A stretch of 64,000 nt of DNA from NCBI GenBank assembly GCA_918797485.1, contig CAKKNE010000002.1:992001-1056000 (forward strand), read 5' to 3'. The DNA comes from Pelagomonas calceolata (lineage: Eukaryota). Under the pieces are notes generated by a model that ran no database searches, was not told where the DNA came from, and worked only from the letters and a program-made list of their open reading frames with translations. This document shows positions 1 to 10,474 of the stretch, piece after piece (position 1 is the stretch's first letter; the number at the start of each line of letters is the position of its first letter). Made by a program: the position numbers and the translations under genes.

Positions 1-42
1 CCAACGAGGCCGCCGCAGCTCTCTGAGAGCCCACTTGGCCAG

Positions 43-960
43 ATGGCGGAACCGCTCGTCCTCCTCAACTACGCCTTCGTGGCCGTAGTTTTCAGCTTGC
101 TGCTCGGCTCCATCATCTCGCAGCGCGCCCGCGTGGGCCTCTGCTGGGTCGCGATCCCCGGCCTCATAGCGTGCGTAGGGACCAAGCTCTTACGTACCTA
201 CGACACGGTCGACGAGCTGACGTTCTACGCCAGCTACCACTCTCATCCGATGAACCAATTGGTGCACATCGTGTGCGTGCCTCTACTGCTCTTTACAGTA
301 TTCATTTTCGCGGCCTACGTGCCACCGCCGATCAAGGCCGCGCCCCAACTCACGTGGCCGCTGCTCGGCGCCTGCGCTTGGTCGCTACACCACGTCCGCG
401 CCGCGCCACTCGTCGGCTCTATTGTGTCCTGCCTCACGTTCGCGATGGCGCTCGCGGCCACGGCGATCGTCGAGCGCGAGAGGCGCACCAGCAATCGTAG
501 CTTTGTCGAGTTCCACGTCGGCGATCGAGTGCATGTTCTCGAACCCGCTAAGTTCGCGGGCAACGTCGGCACCGTTGTGAAGCGCGACGCGACAGAGGGG
601 TCCGTCGTCGTCCGGCTCGAGGGGTCGAATGTGAGTTTGGAGGCCCTCCACAGCCAGCTTCAAGGGTTCGGCGAGTTCAGGGCGGGCGATCGAGTGAGAA
701 CCCTCGGTGCCGGTACCTACGGCTTCGCCGCTTTTTACGCCGGCCTCGTCCACGTCTTCTGCTGGTACGCCCAAATCCACCCGGGCCACGGCATCTACGA
801 AGGCCGGAAGCCCGCCCTGCTCGACAGCGCTCTCCAGTCGTTCCTCGACGCGCCGCTCTTCGTCTGGTACGAGGTCGCGTTCGCCTGCGGCTACGACCCG
901 GCCCTCAAGCAGGAGCTCGACGCCGCCGTCGAAGCGAGACACGCCGCGTGGGACCTCTAG
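43..960 (+). CDS. Mpo1/DUF962-like membrane protein with an inserted SH3/KOW-like segment
   Basis: FYASYHSHPMNQLVHIVCVP, W-x-AQ-x-x-x-GH-x-x-YEGRKPALLDS-x-x-QS-x-L-x-APLFVWYE motifs; hydrophobic helices. Confidence 0.8.
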   Translation: MAEPLVLLNYAFVAVVFSLLLGSIISQRARVGLCWVAIPGLIACVGTKLLRTYDTVDELTFYASYHSHPMNQLVHIVCVPLLLFTVFIFAAYVPPPIKAAPQLTWPLLGACAWSLHHVRAAPLVGSIVSCLTFAMALAATAIVERERRTSNRSFVEFHVGDRVHVLEPAKFAGNVGTVVKRDATEGSVVVRLEGSNVSLEALHSQLQGFGEFRAGDRVRTLGAGTYGFAAFYAGLVHVFCWYAQIHPGHGIYEGRKPALLDSALQSFLDAPLFVWYEVAFACGYDPALKQELDAAVEARHAAWDL

Positions 961-1181
961 TCGCCCTGTCAAAGACGTGCCGCACCCGCCATCATCCTGC
1001 CAGTGACGCGCCACGCCGGCCGGGCGCTGCACCACGTTGGGGACAGTAAAATGTAAGCTATTGTAAATAGTTTTATCCTCGCCGCGCGCGGCGCTCGCGC
1101 GCAGGCTCTCTCCTCACAGACGCCATTGGTGCGACCACACGGCCGCGTTTTTTGGGGGAAGGACACACGGGAGCGCGACGT

Positions 1182-1832
1182 TTAGAACGGCGCCCAGACC
1201 GAGCCGGAGTACTGCGTGAGGTCCTCCGTGAAGTACGGGACCGAGCCCGGCACCGTCGACGCGGCGATGAAACCCATGATGCCGATCATCGCGAGGCGGC
1301 CGTTGTTGATCTCGGCCGTCCGGCTGCGCAGCTTCTGCTCCTCCGTCTTGCCCGACAGGTACTTCGAGCCGAAGTACCAGACGAGGTCGTGCGTGCCGGA
1401 CTTGCCGCCGCGCATGTAGTGGGGCTTCTCCGCCTCGCCGAGGACCTCGAGGAGGCCGATGAAGCCGAGGATCGACCACTTGCCCTTGTCCGAGATGTTG
1501 TCCCAGGCGAGCAGCGGGTTGCCCGTGCCGAGCGACGAGAACTTCTCGCCCGACATCGTGAGGTCGGCCGGGAAGGTGATGCCCTGGTAGTTCACGAGGA
1601 AGCCGACGAAGGCCGCCATCGCGACGCGGCCGTGCTTGAGCTCGGCCTCGCGGTACCACTGAAGCGCCTCGGCGGAGGCGCCGTTCGAGAAGCCGAGCGG
1701 GTCGAAGAGCCCAATGGGCATCGTGATGCCCTCCATGTCCTGCACGGCCGCGACGGCCGTGCCGGCGCGCGGCGCCGCCGGCGCGACGAACGCGACGGCC
1801 GGGGCGGCGAGGAGCGCGAGGACGAGCTTCAT
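1182..1832 (-). CDS. Light-harvesting complex protein (fucoxanthin-chlorophyll a/c type)
   Basis: Signal peptide + AF motif; FDPLGF, REAELKHGRVAMAA, AEINNGRLAMIG. Confidence 0.97.
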   Translation of the reverse strand: MKLVLALLAAPAVAFVAPAAPRAGTAVAAVQDMEGITMPIGLFDPLGFSNGASAEALQWYREAELKHGRVAMAAFVGFLVNYQGITFPADLTMSGEKFSSLGTGNPLLAWDNISDKGKWSILGFIGLLEVLGEAEKPHYMRGGKSGTHDLVWYFGSKYLSGKTEEQKLRSRTAEINNGRLAMIGIMGFIAASTVPGSVPYFTEDLTQYSGSVWAPF

Positions 1833-2591
1833 CGTAACCTATAAAAACAAACGGTGAGGGCGGCGCTCCGCGGCGCGCGTGCGGCTGCGCGCTCTCTGGG
1901 TGGGGCGTGGCGCGGCGACGGCGTCACCGCGGCGGCGTCGCCGCCAGAACCAGTTTTTGGCGGAAATCCGAGCCGAGCCGTGTCGACCGAGAACGCTCAG
2001 AGGCCCTCTGCGCAGCGTTCTAGGCATGCAGGCGGCTCGAGCAGCTGCAACAGCGCGCGCCGGCGTCACGGCAGAGCCGTGTCGTCCGCGCGCCCGCGCG
2101 AGCCCGCGCAGCAGCTGGTTTTGGAGCGGCCATGAAGCGCATGATATGTGCCTCTCCGCAGCCAAATTTTGCCACTGTTCGTTGCGCGAGCACACCGATA
2201 CAACGAACGACGATAAATCAATTTTTGCTGACGCGCTGACTGCTGACAAGCTGGTCGATTTGCGAAGCTGAAGAGGAGCCGGCTTGGATCCTAGTAGAAT
2301 TTTTAGCCCCTAAGAAAACCAAAAAGTGCAGTTCGGACGCCCTCCATTGCGTCTTTGACGCGTCCCCGGCGCGCCAGACCGGTCCGTGGATTTTGAGCTA
2401 GGTTATAGCCCTACTAGCTCTCGCAGACGGTCCTCGGGGGTCTGGGCCGCAAAAAAAGCCCATCCGGCCCTCTACTGACTTCGCGACGCGTCTCGGACAC
2501 CTCTCCACAGCCGCGAACCGCTGGACAAGCGCGCGCGCGCCGCCGCAGCACAGAAGCCACAAATCACAAAGACCCAGCACCGCACAGACCA

Positions 2592-5500
2592 ATGGCCTCC
2601 GACGAAGCGCAACTAAGAGCGATAGATGAAGAGTTCAAGAAGGCGACGACGGACGACCAGCGCAACGCTTGCGCCCAGCGCGCCGCCGCCGTACTCGCAA
2701 GAGTGGAAGGAGACGTTTTCTCGTCGGCCGATGAGGTCCGGGCCTCGCTCACAAAAACATTAAGCAGGGAACTCGTGGGCACGATGACCATAGCAACACC
2801 AGCTCTAGCGGCGACGGCGATCAAGGCCCACCTCCAGTCACCACCAGTCGTGTTGGACGGCGACGGAAGGGCTCTCGAAGCCCTATGCGCGAAGGCGGAA
2901 GCCATACCCCAGGACGCTACGTTAGCGAGGGCCGCCGCGGCGTGCTTTAAAGATGAAGCGTTAGCGACCGGAGACGGGCGGTGTGCGGACGGCGCGGCGT
3001 TCGAAAGTAGAAGTGCCCTCGCGCAGTTATTGTCCCTACAAACCATGGCGCCCTTCGATGCCTTCTGTAGTACTCAGGGTGAACGACCGCGCTTGCGCGA
3101 CCCTTTTAGTGGTTCCGTGCCGCCGCAGATCAAATACTTCCGCGACGTGCCGCCTTCTGGTTTCCAGGGCCAATGTTTACTGCTGAGAACGCGCCAGACC
3201 CGCGGCCTAGATGCGTGCGTCGCCATCGTCGAGAAGACGCTGAAGGCCAACAAGGGGGCTAATAGGCCGGCCATGCTCGCCTGGCTCGCGCGCGCGTTAG
3301 CATTAGCAAAGCCTCTGTCTGAAATAAAGATCCAGCGCGACCGCGCCTTCCACCCGCGGCGCTGCGCGTCGCCGGCGTTCCTGTTAAATACGGTCTCATT
3401 GATCCTGCGGCTCGCGGCGCCGCTCTGGACCAAAGGTTTAGCCTCAAAAGTCGACTGGCGCTACGCTTTGCGCCACGAGCGCGTCTCCTTCAAGGAGGAA
3501 GCTCCCTTATTCTCAGGAGACGGCGCGGCGACCGTCGACGAAGAAGACAGTGATGACGACGAGGACGCGAAGATGTTGCGCCAGGCCCTCAAAATGTCCA
3601 TGGGCCAGGCCGCGCCCCTCGGCTTCTTCCCTTCAGATGTAGAAGAGTTCTCGTTTGTCACGGAGGTCTTCTTCCTGGCGCATCGGGCCATTTCTTCGTG
3701 TTTACTACCGCTCTGGTCCGAAATGACGGAACAAATACACTTGTTGTACGACCTGAGCGGGCCTCGAGGCCAGAAGCTGGACGAACCTAGCCAGAGGCGG
3801 ATCAATCTCCACGGCGACGGCTGGGCGTGCGCGCTGGAAGATCCGCGATTATTGGAGGACGCCGGGGCCTTTGCGACCTTCGCCGTCGAGTGGTTGCTCG
3901 ACCAACTCAAAGCTCCGGACGCGCGCGAACGGGCCTCAAAACTGCCTGCAGCACTCGTGAAGGACGCCTGCGACCTGTGGACGCACTTAGCGAGGGCGGG
4001 AGCGAGAACGGGGAACGCTCAGGCGAGAATGGGCGCCGGCGCCACCTTTGATGCCATGAAGGCGTCGCGAGCGGTCTTGGCCTGCTGCGAGCTCATGCGG
4101 TCACCTTTGGTAGAATCCCCAATAGTACAGGCGAAGCTCGTCAGCTTCATAAAAGAGCTGATCCAGCCGAGACGAGCCTCGCCGCGCAAGAAGGCGAGGG
4201 ACATGCAGGGCGCTGTGTTAGATTCGGAACGGGTCCGGAGGGAGCTCCCCCAAGCGCTCGCGCACCTGTACTGCGAGGTGCAGGCGGTCGTCGGCATGGA
4301 CGTAGATGCTGCCGATTCGTTCGACAAATTCAGCATTAGACAGGACCTGAATCGGTTGTTACTCATCTTCTGGCGCTACCCCCTCCAGGAGCCGAGGAAA
4401 GCACTACTGGCGTTCTTCGGCAAGAGCGACCTTGGCTTAGCTATGTTAGATACCATAATCTACTGCGGCGAGGACGCCCTGTCTTGCTTGGCTGGTGGCA
4501 AGTCGGTAGAAAAGGACGGGAAGCCCCCTACTTCCGGACGCAACAAGGCGTTCTGGGGCGGGCAGCAGCGGCAGTGTAGGGGGTTTCTGCCTATTGCGGA
4601 AGTGACGCTGGAGCTGCTGGGCCAGTTCTGTTGCGAGAATGAAGCGAGGAAAGCTCTACTAGGTTCCAATGTGAAGCGGTGCGCCGCTCTCGTCAAGCTC
4701 TGTAGGGTAGGAACGAAATCAGGTTTAGATACAGTATCAGTAGCCGCTCCGGACGAGTGGGGCTTCGACGCGGCTCGACTCCTGGAAAGGGTAGGTCACG
4801 TCATCGAGCAAGCTAGACTGGTCCACGGCGACGACGCGTGGGCGGCGGCCGTCGACGACGTCCTCGACGGGGATCGCTCTTCACTGGAAGAGGCCTCGTC
4901 CACACAAAGTAGTCTGGCGAACACGGTGGCCGCCCTGAAGAAGAGAACTGTGGATGATGTCATAGACGCGCGACCGCTCGTCCAAAAGGCCATCGGCGAG
5001 CCGTGCTCCGCTCAAACATACGCTCAAGCACTGGCAGGCGAGCAGCTCGAAATTGTGGACTCCTTAGGCGACCACGTCTTCGCCGCGAAGTCGAGCAAAG
5101 CCCCGAACGCCAAGGCCCTCCAGAAGGAGCTCAAAAAACTGCAACGCGACCTCCCGGAACCGAGTGTGGACGGTTCCGTCTTCGTCCGTTTTGATGAACA
5201 ACGGTTGGATTTATGTCGCTGTGTTATTACGGGACCGGTCGACGCCTCCAAAACAGGAGGTATAGATACGCCCTACGCGTATGGGTTCTTCACGTTCGAC
5301 GTCTGGTTTCCGCCGACCTATCCTTCCGTACCACCTCTGGTGGAAATTGTTACTACCGGTGGAGGGACCTACCGCTTCAACCCGAACCTCTACGCGGACG
5401 GCAAGGTCTGCCTCAGTCTACTCGGGACGTGGAAGGCCTCGGACGAGTCCGAAAAATGGGATCCGTCGACCGGTTCGCTGCGCCAGATCCTGCTGTCGAT

Positions 5501-5849
5501 CCAGCACCAGATTTTAGTAAGTGAGCCCTACTTCAACGAGCCTGGAAGGGACGTGGCGCGCGGCACGTCTGCGGGCAAGAAGGCTTCGGCGGCGCACAAC
5601 AAGGAGTTGAGGAACGCGACGCTGAGGTATGCTGTTGCCGATCAATTATCCTCACCTCCAATGGGACTGGAGGAGGTCTGCGAGCAGCACTTCGGGCTGG
5701 TGGCGCCGGACTTGCTGAAGCGGACGGCTCAGGACCTGGCCGCTGCCGAGCCGGCGGCGCACCGGGCTTTGCATCGCGCCGCGGCGGCGCTGGCCGAGCG
5801 CGCTTCCCAGCCGCCGGCGAAGCGCCGCAAGAGCAGCGAGTCCGACTAG
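2592..5849 (+). CDS. Ufd2/UBE4-core-like domain fused to a C-terminal E2 ubiquitin-conjugating domain (BIRC6/UBE2Z-type)
   Basis: 1085 aa ORF; Ufd2-like FLLN..LRLAAP, SFVTEVFFL, DKFSIR, PDEWGF; UBC TPYAYGFFTFD..FP..YP..PP and RFNPNLYADGKVCLSLLGTW. Confidence 0.8.
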   Translation: MASDEAQLRAIDEEFKKATTDDQRNACAQRAAAVLARVEGDVFSSADEVRASLTKTLSRELVGTMTIATPALAATAIKAHLQSPPVVLDGDGRALEALCAKAEAIPQDATLARAAAACFKDEALATGDGRCADGAAFESRSALAQLLSLQTMAPFDAFCSTQGERPRLRDPFSGSVPPQIKYFRDVPPSGFQGQCLLLRTRQTRGLDACVAIVEKTLKANKGANRPAMLAWLARALALAKPLSEIKIQRDRAFHPRRCASPAFLLNTVSLILRLAAPLWTKGLASKVDWRYALRHERVSFKEEAPLFSGDGAATVDEEDSDDDEDAKMLRQALKMSMGQAAPLGFFPSDVEEFSFVTEVFFLAHRAISSCLLPLWSEMTEQIHLLYDLSGPRGQKLDEPSQRRINLHGDGWACALEDPRLLEDAGAFATFAVEWLLDQLKAPDARERASKLPAALVKDACDLWTHLARAGARTGNAQARMGAGATFDAMKASRAVLACCELMRSPLVESPIVQAKLVSFIKELIQPRRASPRKKARDMQGAVLDSERVRRELPQALAHLYCEVQAVVGMDVDAADSFDKFSIRQDLNRLLLIFWRYPLQEPRKALLAFFGKSDLGLAMLDTIIYCGEDALSCLAGGKSVEKDGKPPTSGRNKAFWGGQQRQCRGFLPIAEVTLELLGQFCCENEARKALLGSNVKRCAALVKLCRVGTKSGLDTVSVAAPDEWGFDAARLLERVGHVIEQARLVHGDDAWAAAVDDVLDGDRSSLEEASSTQSSLANTVAALKKRTVDDVIDARPLVQKAIGEPCSAQTYAQALAGEQLEIVDSLGDHVFAAKSSKAPNAKALQKELKKLQRDLPEPSVDGSVFVRFDEQRLDLCRCVITGPVDASKTGGIDTPYAYGFFTFDVWFPPTYPSVPPLVEIVTTGGGTYRFNPNLYADGKVCLSLLGTWKASDESEKWDPSTGSLRQILLSIQHQILVSEPYFNEPGRDVARGTSAGKKASAAHNKELRNATLRYAVADQLSSPPMGLEEVCEQHFGLVAPDLLKRTAQDLAAAEPAAHRALHRAAAALAERASQPPAKRRKSSESD

Positions 5850-6200
5850 TGTTCCCCTTTCCCCCCATAACTTGTGTTCGATGAAGTACCACGGGCGGAC
5901 GGAGCCTCCCGACGCCGCCGGCGCGTGGCGTAACTTCCCTCAGCCGTCCGAGAGAAGTCCCCCGCGCGCCGGGGCGTCGGCAGATCGTGCGGCCTATCAC
6001 GTCGGCCCCCTCTCGATGGCTTTTGCCGGCCGTCGACGAGTGTGCTGTACCATCGGCGCTGCCGGCCAAGCGGGCCGTACCGGTGGCCTTTGAGGGCAGG
6101 AAGTAGCTCAAGGGGTCCACCTCGGACGCCTGCGCGCGCGCCCGCCGCCGCCGCAGCGAAGGGCAGCTCCCAGAAGGCACAGAGGCTGAACAAAACACAC

Positions 6201-7307
6201 ATGGCGCCGGAGCTCAACAAGCCGGAGCTCAAGGCCAAGCTGCGCGCGACGCGCGTCGCCGTGGAACAGCTCCAGCACCGCGTGAACGACGCCCTCGAGC
6301 GCCAGAAGCCGTCGCCGTTGACGCGCGAGGGCGCGGCCGCGCCGGCGAAACTAAGGAAAAGGCGGTCGCTCAAGGGCCACTTCGGCAAGGTCGTGAGTGT
6401 GAGCTGGCTGCCCGACTCGAACAGACTGGCGACGGCGGCGCAGGACGGCAACGTGATTATTTGGCACGCTCCTACTGGTAAGAAAGCACAATTGCTCCCT
6501 CTAAAGAACCAGTGGGCCATGTTCGCGGCCTGCGCGCAAGATTCTTCAAGATTATGCGCGACCGGCGGCTTGGACAACGTGTGCACGGTCTGGACCTTAC
6601 CTGAGCCAAACGAGGACGCGAAGACGCCTCGAGTGCTCGAGGGCCACAAGGGCCACGTCGCCGCGGCGTCGTTCCTAGCTACCAATACATTAATCACCGT
6701 GAGTGGCGACTCGACGGCCGCGTTGTGGGATCTGAACCGCCTGCCGTCCTCAGATATCGACCAGAGGGCCGAAGTCTACGCCGGCCACGACGAGTGCCTG
6801 TCTGCCGTCGCCAAGGACCCTACCTCAGAACGTAACTTCGCCACGGGGTCCGCGGATGGCTCGGTGATGCTCTGGTCCCTCGGTGCGAGCGACCCGTCGT
6901 GCGTGCTGCGCATGCACAGGGCCGACATCAAGGCCGGTTCACGCGCGAGGCACCCGGACGCGAACGGCGTGTCCTACCAAACTGAGAGGACGTTGGGAGT
7001 TGCGACCGAGTCCTTCGGGAGTTTCTTGTTTGATGCGCGCACGCGCACTGCTGTCAACAAGTTCGGGTCTGACGAAAGGGACATCGGCCCGAAGACGTCG
7101 TGTGCCTTTTCTTCCTCCGGAAGATTAATGTTTGTGGGCACGGACGACGGCGTCGAGGTCTGGGACACGCTCCAAGGCGACGCTAATAAACCGTTGCAGT
7201 TCCTGAAGCCGCACGGCGCGCGCGTCGCGGCGCTCGCCGTCCCAACATCAGGCCAGTGCGTCGCGTGCGCGTCGTGGGACTTCGAGGCGTCGGTGCTGTC
7301 GATCTGA
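6201..7307 (+). CDS. Heterotrimeric G-protein beta subunit-like WD40 protein
   Basis: N-terminal coil; RRSLKGHFGKV, AQDGNVIIW, ATGGLDNVCTVW, SGDSTAALWD, ASWD; ATG at 6201. Confidence 0.85.
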   Translation: MAPELNKPELKAKLRATRVAVEQLQHRVNDALERQKPSPLTREGAAAPAKLRKRRSLKGHFGKVVSVSWLPDSNRLATAAQDGNVIIWHAPTGKKAQLLPLKNQWAMFAACAQDSSRLCATGGLDNVCTVWTLPEPNEDAKTPRVLEGHKGHVAAASFLATNTLITVSGDSTAALWDLNRLPSSDIDQRAEVYAGHDECLSAVAKDPTSERNFATGSADGSVMLWSLGASDPSCVLRMHRADIKAGSRARHPDANGVSYQTERTLGVATESFGSFLFDARTRTAVNKFGSDERDIGPKTSCAFSSSGRLMFVGTDDGVEVWDTLQGDANKPLQFLKPHGARVAALAVPTSGQCVACASWDFEASVLSI

Positions 7308-7449
7308 CTCTACCCTATGGGCCTGCTGCTGCGCTCCCTGTTCTCCCCCCATCATTGTCCCGCGCGCGCGCCCCCGTATCTTAACTTGATGTGATCTTGC
7401 TCTATTTACGCGGCGGTGGCGTGTAGGTGTGTTAGGAATACATGTTGCT

Positions 7450-8433
7450 TTACTCGGAGCTAGGCCGCCTAGTCACCTGGCCGACGCGCATGTCACAAAC
7501 TAGATGCGCTTCATGCGGCACCCACCTTCCGGTGTGTTCGTCATAGTACGCATGGGCTCCTGTAGGACCACTGTTGCAGGAAGGTGCCACGGCGTAGATA
7601 GGCGGATACAGCAGCCCGGCCTTGGTCGCCTTGTAGTCCTCCTCGCCCATCCTGCCCTCGTCCAGGGCCTTCTTCGCCGCGCGGAGGGCCTTGACGGTCG
7701 CGGCGGTCAGCGCGCACATCAGCTTATAATTGGGCTTTCCGAGGGCGGTCTCTTTCCTGAGGCATTTGCCTCGCACGAGAGCATCGAGCAGTTCCTGGCA
7801 ATACTCCGGGCTAGACTCCAAATATTCCTCGGCTATCCGAGCTGCGCTTGCGCCACCGTATATTCGGAGGCTACGGATGATTTTCGCCCTGTCGAAGGTG
7901 CGGCGGGCGCCAAAGCGCCTCGCGGAGGCCAGGTTTACGTGGCGTTCCACGTAGTACCTCCACGGGCCCGCCCCACGTCTGCCGGGGCACTTGCGGAGAT
8001 CCTCGTCCGTGACCAGATACTCGGCCTTAGCATCCCGCTCTGAGATCATCCAGTCACCCCACCGGGAGCAGGCGTCGCAAGCGCGTACCCCGTAAAAAGG
8101 GTCCAAGGACGTCACCACCCTGTCGCGGCAATGCAGGCAATTCGTGGACAGCGCGGCCAGCGGCAGCCAAGGCTTCATAGGACCGGCATAACTTCTCCCG
8201 ACGCAGGGCGCAACCGGGACGACGGACTCAATGAGAGGTAGCCAAAGCTCGGCGCCGCCGGCCGCGAGAATCCTCTTGAGGTCCTTGCAGCAGACCAGGA
8301 CGCAGCCCGCCGCCTTGACCCGCGCGAGGTCGTCGAGACTGTCGTCGACGGACTCGAAGATGCGACCCCACATGCGCGGGTGCAGTTGTATTGCGCCTGA
8401 AGGATTTGTCGACGGGCGGCGCTTCTCGGCCAT
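7450..8433 (-). CDS. Hypothetical protein: CxxC...CxxC plus XPA-C-like segment and SHOCT-like motif
   Basis: CLHC..RACDAC..ISERDAKAEYLVTDEDL; LDEGRMGEEDYKATKAGLL; ATG at 8433 preferred. Confidence 0.5.
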   Translation of the reverse strand: MAEKRRPSTNPSGAIQLHPRMWGRIFESVDDSLDDLARVKAAGCVLVCCKDLKRILAAGGAELWLPLIESVVPVAPCVGRSYAGPMKPWLPLAALSTNCLHCRDRVVTSLDPFYGVRACDACSRWGDWMISERDAKAEYLVTDEDLRKCPGRRGAGPWRYYVERHVNLASARRFGARRTFDRAKIIRSLRIYGGASAARIAEEYLESSPEYCQELLDALVRGKCLRKETALGKPNYKLMCALTAATVKALRAAKKALDEGRMGEEDYKATKAGLLYPPIYAVAPSCNSGPTGAHAYYDEHTGRWVPHEAHLVCDMRVGQVTRRPSSE

Positions 8434-8809
8434 GGTGTTGTTCACTGGGAAAGCGACTCGCACGCTCGCACAGCTCGCTGTTTCGAGAGATCTATGGTGG
8501 TACAGGCTCCTGTACCAAGTGGGCAGCGATAATACGGTCCTCGATCGTGAGCGCCCTGGAGTGCTACCTAGGTAGCGTATCAAAGGCACTAGTTTTGCGC
8601 GGGGGGCGTGCGAGTCCATGCGACTCAGCCCTTGCGTCCTAGTCCAGCCGGACGGGTGGGCCCGGGGGGAGCGGGAGGGGTACGGGGAACCCTGCGACGT
8701 AACTAGCCTGAGCCTGATCTTACTTTTGCCCTACCTACTTCCCGACAACTCGCTACGCGAATCCTTTTTAAAAAGGTAAAAGAAATGAACAAGATTTTGA
8801 TCGCAACTG

Positions 8810-10057
8810 TTAGCGCGCTATACGACCCACCACGATTTTAGCTGCCAGCGCAAGTGCCACGCCGAACAGACACGCCCTCTTCCATAGGTAAGGGACACTT
8901 GGGTCTGTCGTGGCGAGCCGTACGGTGGCCACCTCTTGCCAGCACCAGAACGCGTCACTGGATGTCATCACGAGCTTTAGGTGTGTCAACGGCACGGCCT
9001 CGTCTCGGCACCACCCCTTTGAATGCTTCGCCAACGCCCGCTCGACCTCAAGCTTTGCCTGCGATAAGGTCGCTTGAGCACAGTCTCCGTAAGCGAGAGA
9101 GAGGTGCGGCCGGTACGCTGCAAGCGCTTCGCCTGGACGAGAAACGTCGAGGCAGCATGCGCGTAGCGCTTCGATCGCCAAACGATTCGCTGCGAACAGG
9201 CTCGTGCCAGCGAGCTCCAGCACCAACGCCCGGGACCACTTGGACGTCGACGTTCCGATCTCCCCATGGAACTCGCACGCAACCGAACCGTGAGCACTCA
9301 GAGCCGTCGCAACGGCTTGCGCAGCCGATATCGCGTCGCGTTGGCTGCACGTGAAAGACCGGCACAACGTTACGTGCGGCTGAAAACCACGCCGGTCGTC
9401 TCGTAGGGCTGCCGATTGCGCAGTAATGATGTCGCTGGCCAGTTTATGCGATGTCGAGTCTGGCGCAGGAGTCAGCCAAAGCGAGTATTTTAATGCTCCG
9501 AGAAGCGCGCCCGTGACCAACTTGCAACCGGCCTCCGTACTCCCTTCGTTGATTATGTGGATCACGTGGGCTCCATTGGGTTCGGCAAGTTTCGCTCGAG
9601 CGACCCGCTTTTCCACTTCTTCCGGCGGCTCCCGCCCCCGTTTCAACAACCTCTGCGTGAGCACGGACGCCGAGGCGCTGACGTTGAGGAAGTAGACCTC
9701 ACATCTCGAGGATTCATACCGTGCCACGCAGTCGGCGACGACGCCGCGGCTCACGTTGAGCACGGCTCGTTTGCCCGCGGCGAGGGCCGCGTCGAGGTCC
9801 TGCCTCGGGATCGCGTACTTCGTGTCGTGCGCTTCCCAGTAAAAGGCGTGCTCTCCCTTAGCTTGGCCAGCGTCCATCGCCGCCTCCGTGACGGGGGTCT
9901 CCAGGTCCGTACACTTGGCGGCGGGGCGCGTGATCCTGCGCTTCACGAAGGCGACGCCACCCCCGTCGTCGCGTTTCCGGAGCTCGGCTCGGGCGGCGAG
10001 GAGCAACGTGTCCTTGCCGGCGCCCGAGGGCCCACCGACCATGTAGATGGCTGCCAT
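8810..10057 (-). CDS. PhnN-like ribose-1,5-bisphosphokinase fused to a 2H cyclic phosphodiesterase, with a C-terminal hydrophobic tail
   Basis: GPSGAGKDTLL, RRITRP, WEAHDTKYAIP, NVSR, RLLKRGRE; then YSLWLTP, FQPHVTL and YRPHLSLAY. Confidence 0.85.
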   Translation of the reverse strand: MAAIYMVGGPSGAGKDTLLLAARAELRKRDDGGGVAFVKRRITRPAAKCTDLETPVTEAAMDAGQAKGEHAFYWEAHDTKYAIPRQDLDAALAAGKRAVLNVSRGVVADCVARYESSRCEVYFLNVSASASVLTQRLLKRGREPPEEVEKRVARAKLAEPNGAHVIHIINEGSTEAGCKLVTGALLGALKYSLWLTPAPDSTSHKLASDIITAQSAALRDDRRGFQPHVTLCRSFTCSQRDAISAAQAVATALSAHGSVACEFHGEIGTSTSKWSRALVLELAGTSLFAANRLAIEALRACCLDVSRPGEALAAYRPHLSLAYGDCAQATLSQAKLEVERALAKHSKGWCRDEAVPLTHLKLVMTSSDAFWCWQEVATVRLATTDPSVPYLWKRACLFGVALALAAKIVVGRIAR

Positions 10058-10217
10058 GAGACACCTCGTCGATCGGCGGTCGCGAGTTGGAATGCGTGGT
10101 GCTGCCGGGGCAATCCAAAGACAACGACAATGCCCCTGGGAGATCTAAAGCAGGCTCCTGTACCACGTGGGCAGCAAGATTGCGCAGATGAGCCTCGATC
10201 CGGAGACCGCCTGGATT

Positions 10218-10241
10218 GCTAGTGTCTTACATTCCGCTAGC
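10218..10241 (+). promoter_or_regulatory. CTAG-N14-CTAG upstream element
   Basis: GCTAGTGTCTTACATTCCGCTAGC between divergent genes. Confidence 0.75.
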
Positions 10242-10474
10242 AGTTCGCGCAGCCAAGGATTTCAACGCTATAAAAAGCACCGCAACCCACGCGCCGTCGC
10301 CAAGTGGTCGTCCTAGCACCTCTTCTCGTCCGTCGCTGGCATATACTCCGAGACGGGGCAAGCGCAGCCGCCGGTCGCACCAAAATCGCCTTGCGAGGCC
10401 ACCGGCTTTCCTAGCCGCATAGCGCCGCCGCCGCGCACTTTCTAGGCGCAAAACGCCGCCGCCGCACCAGAAAA

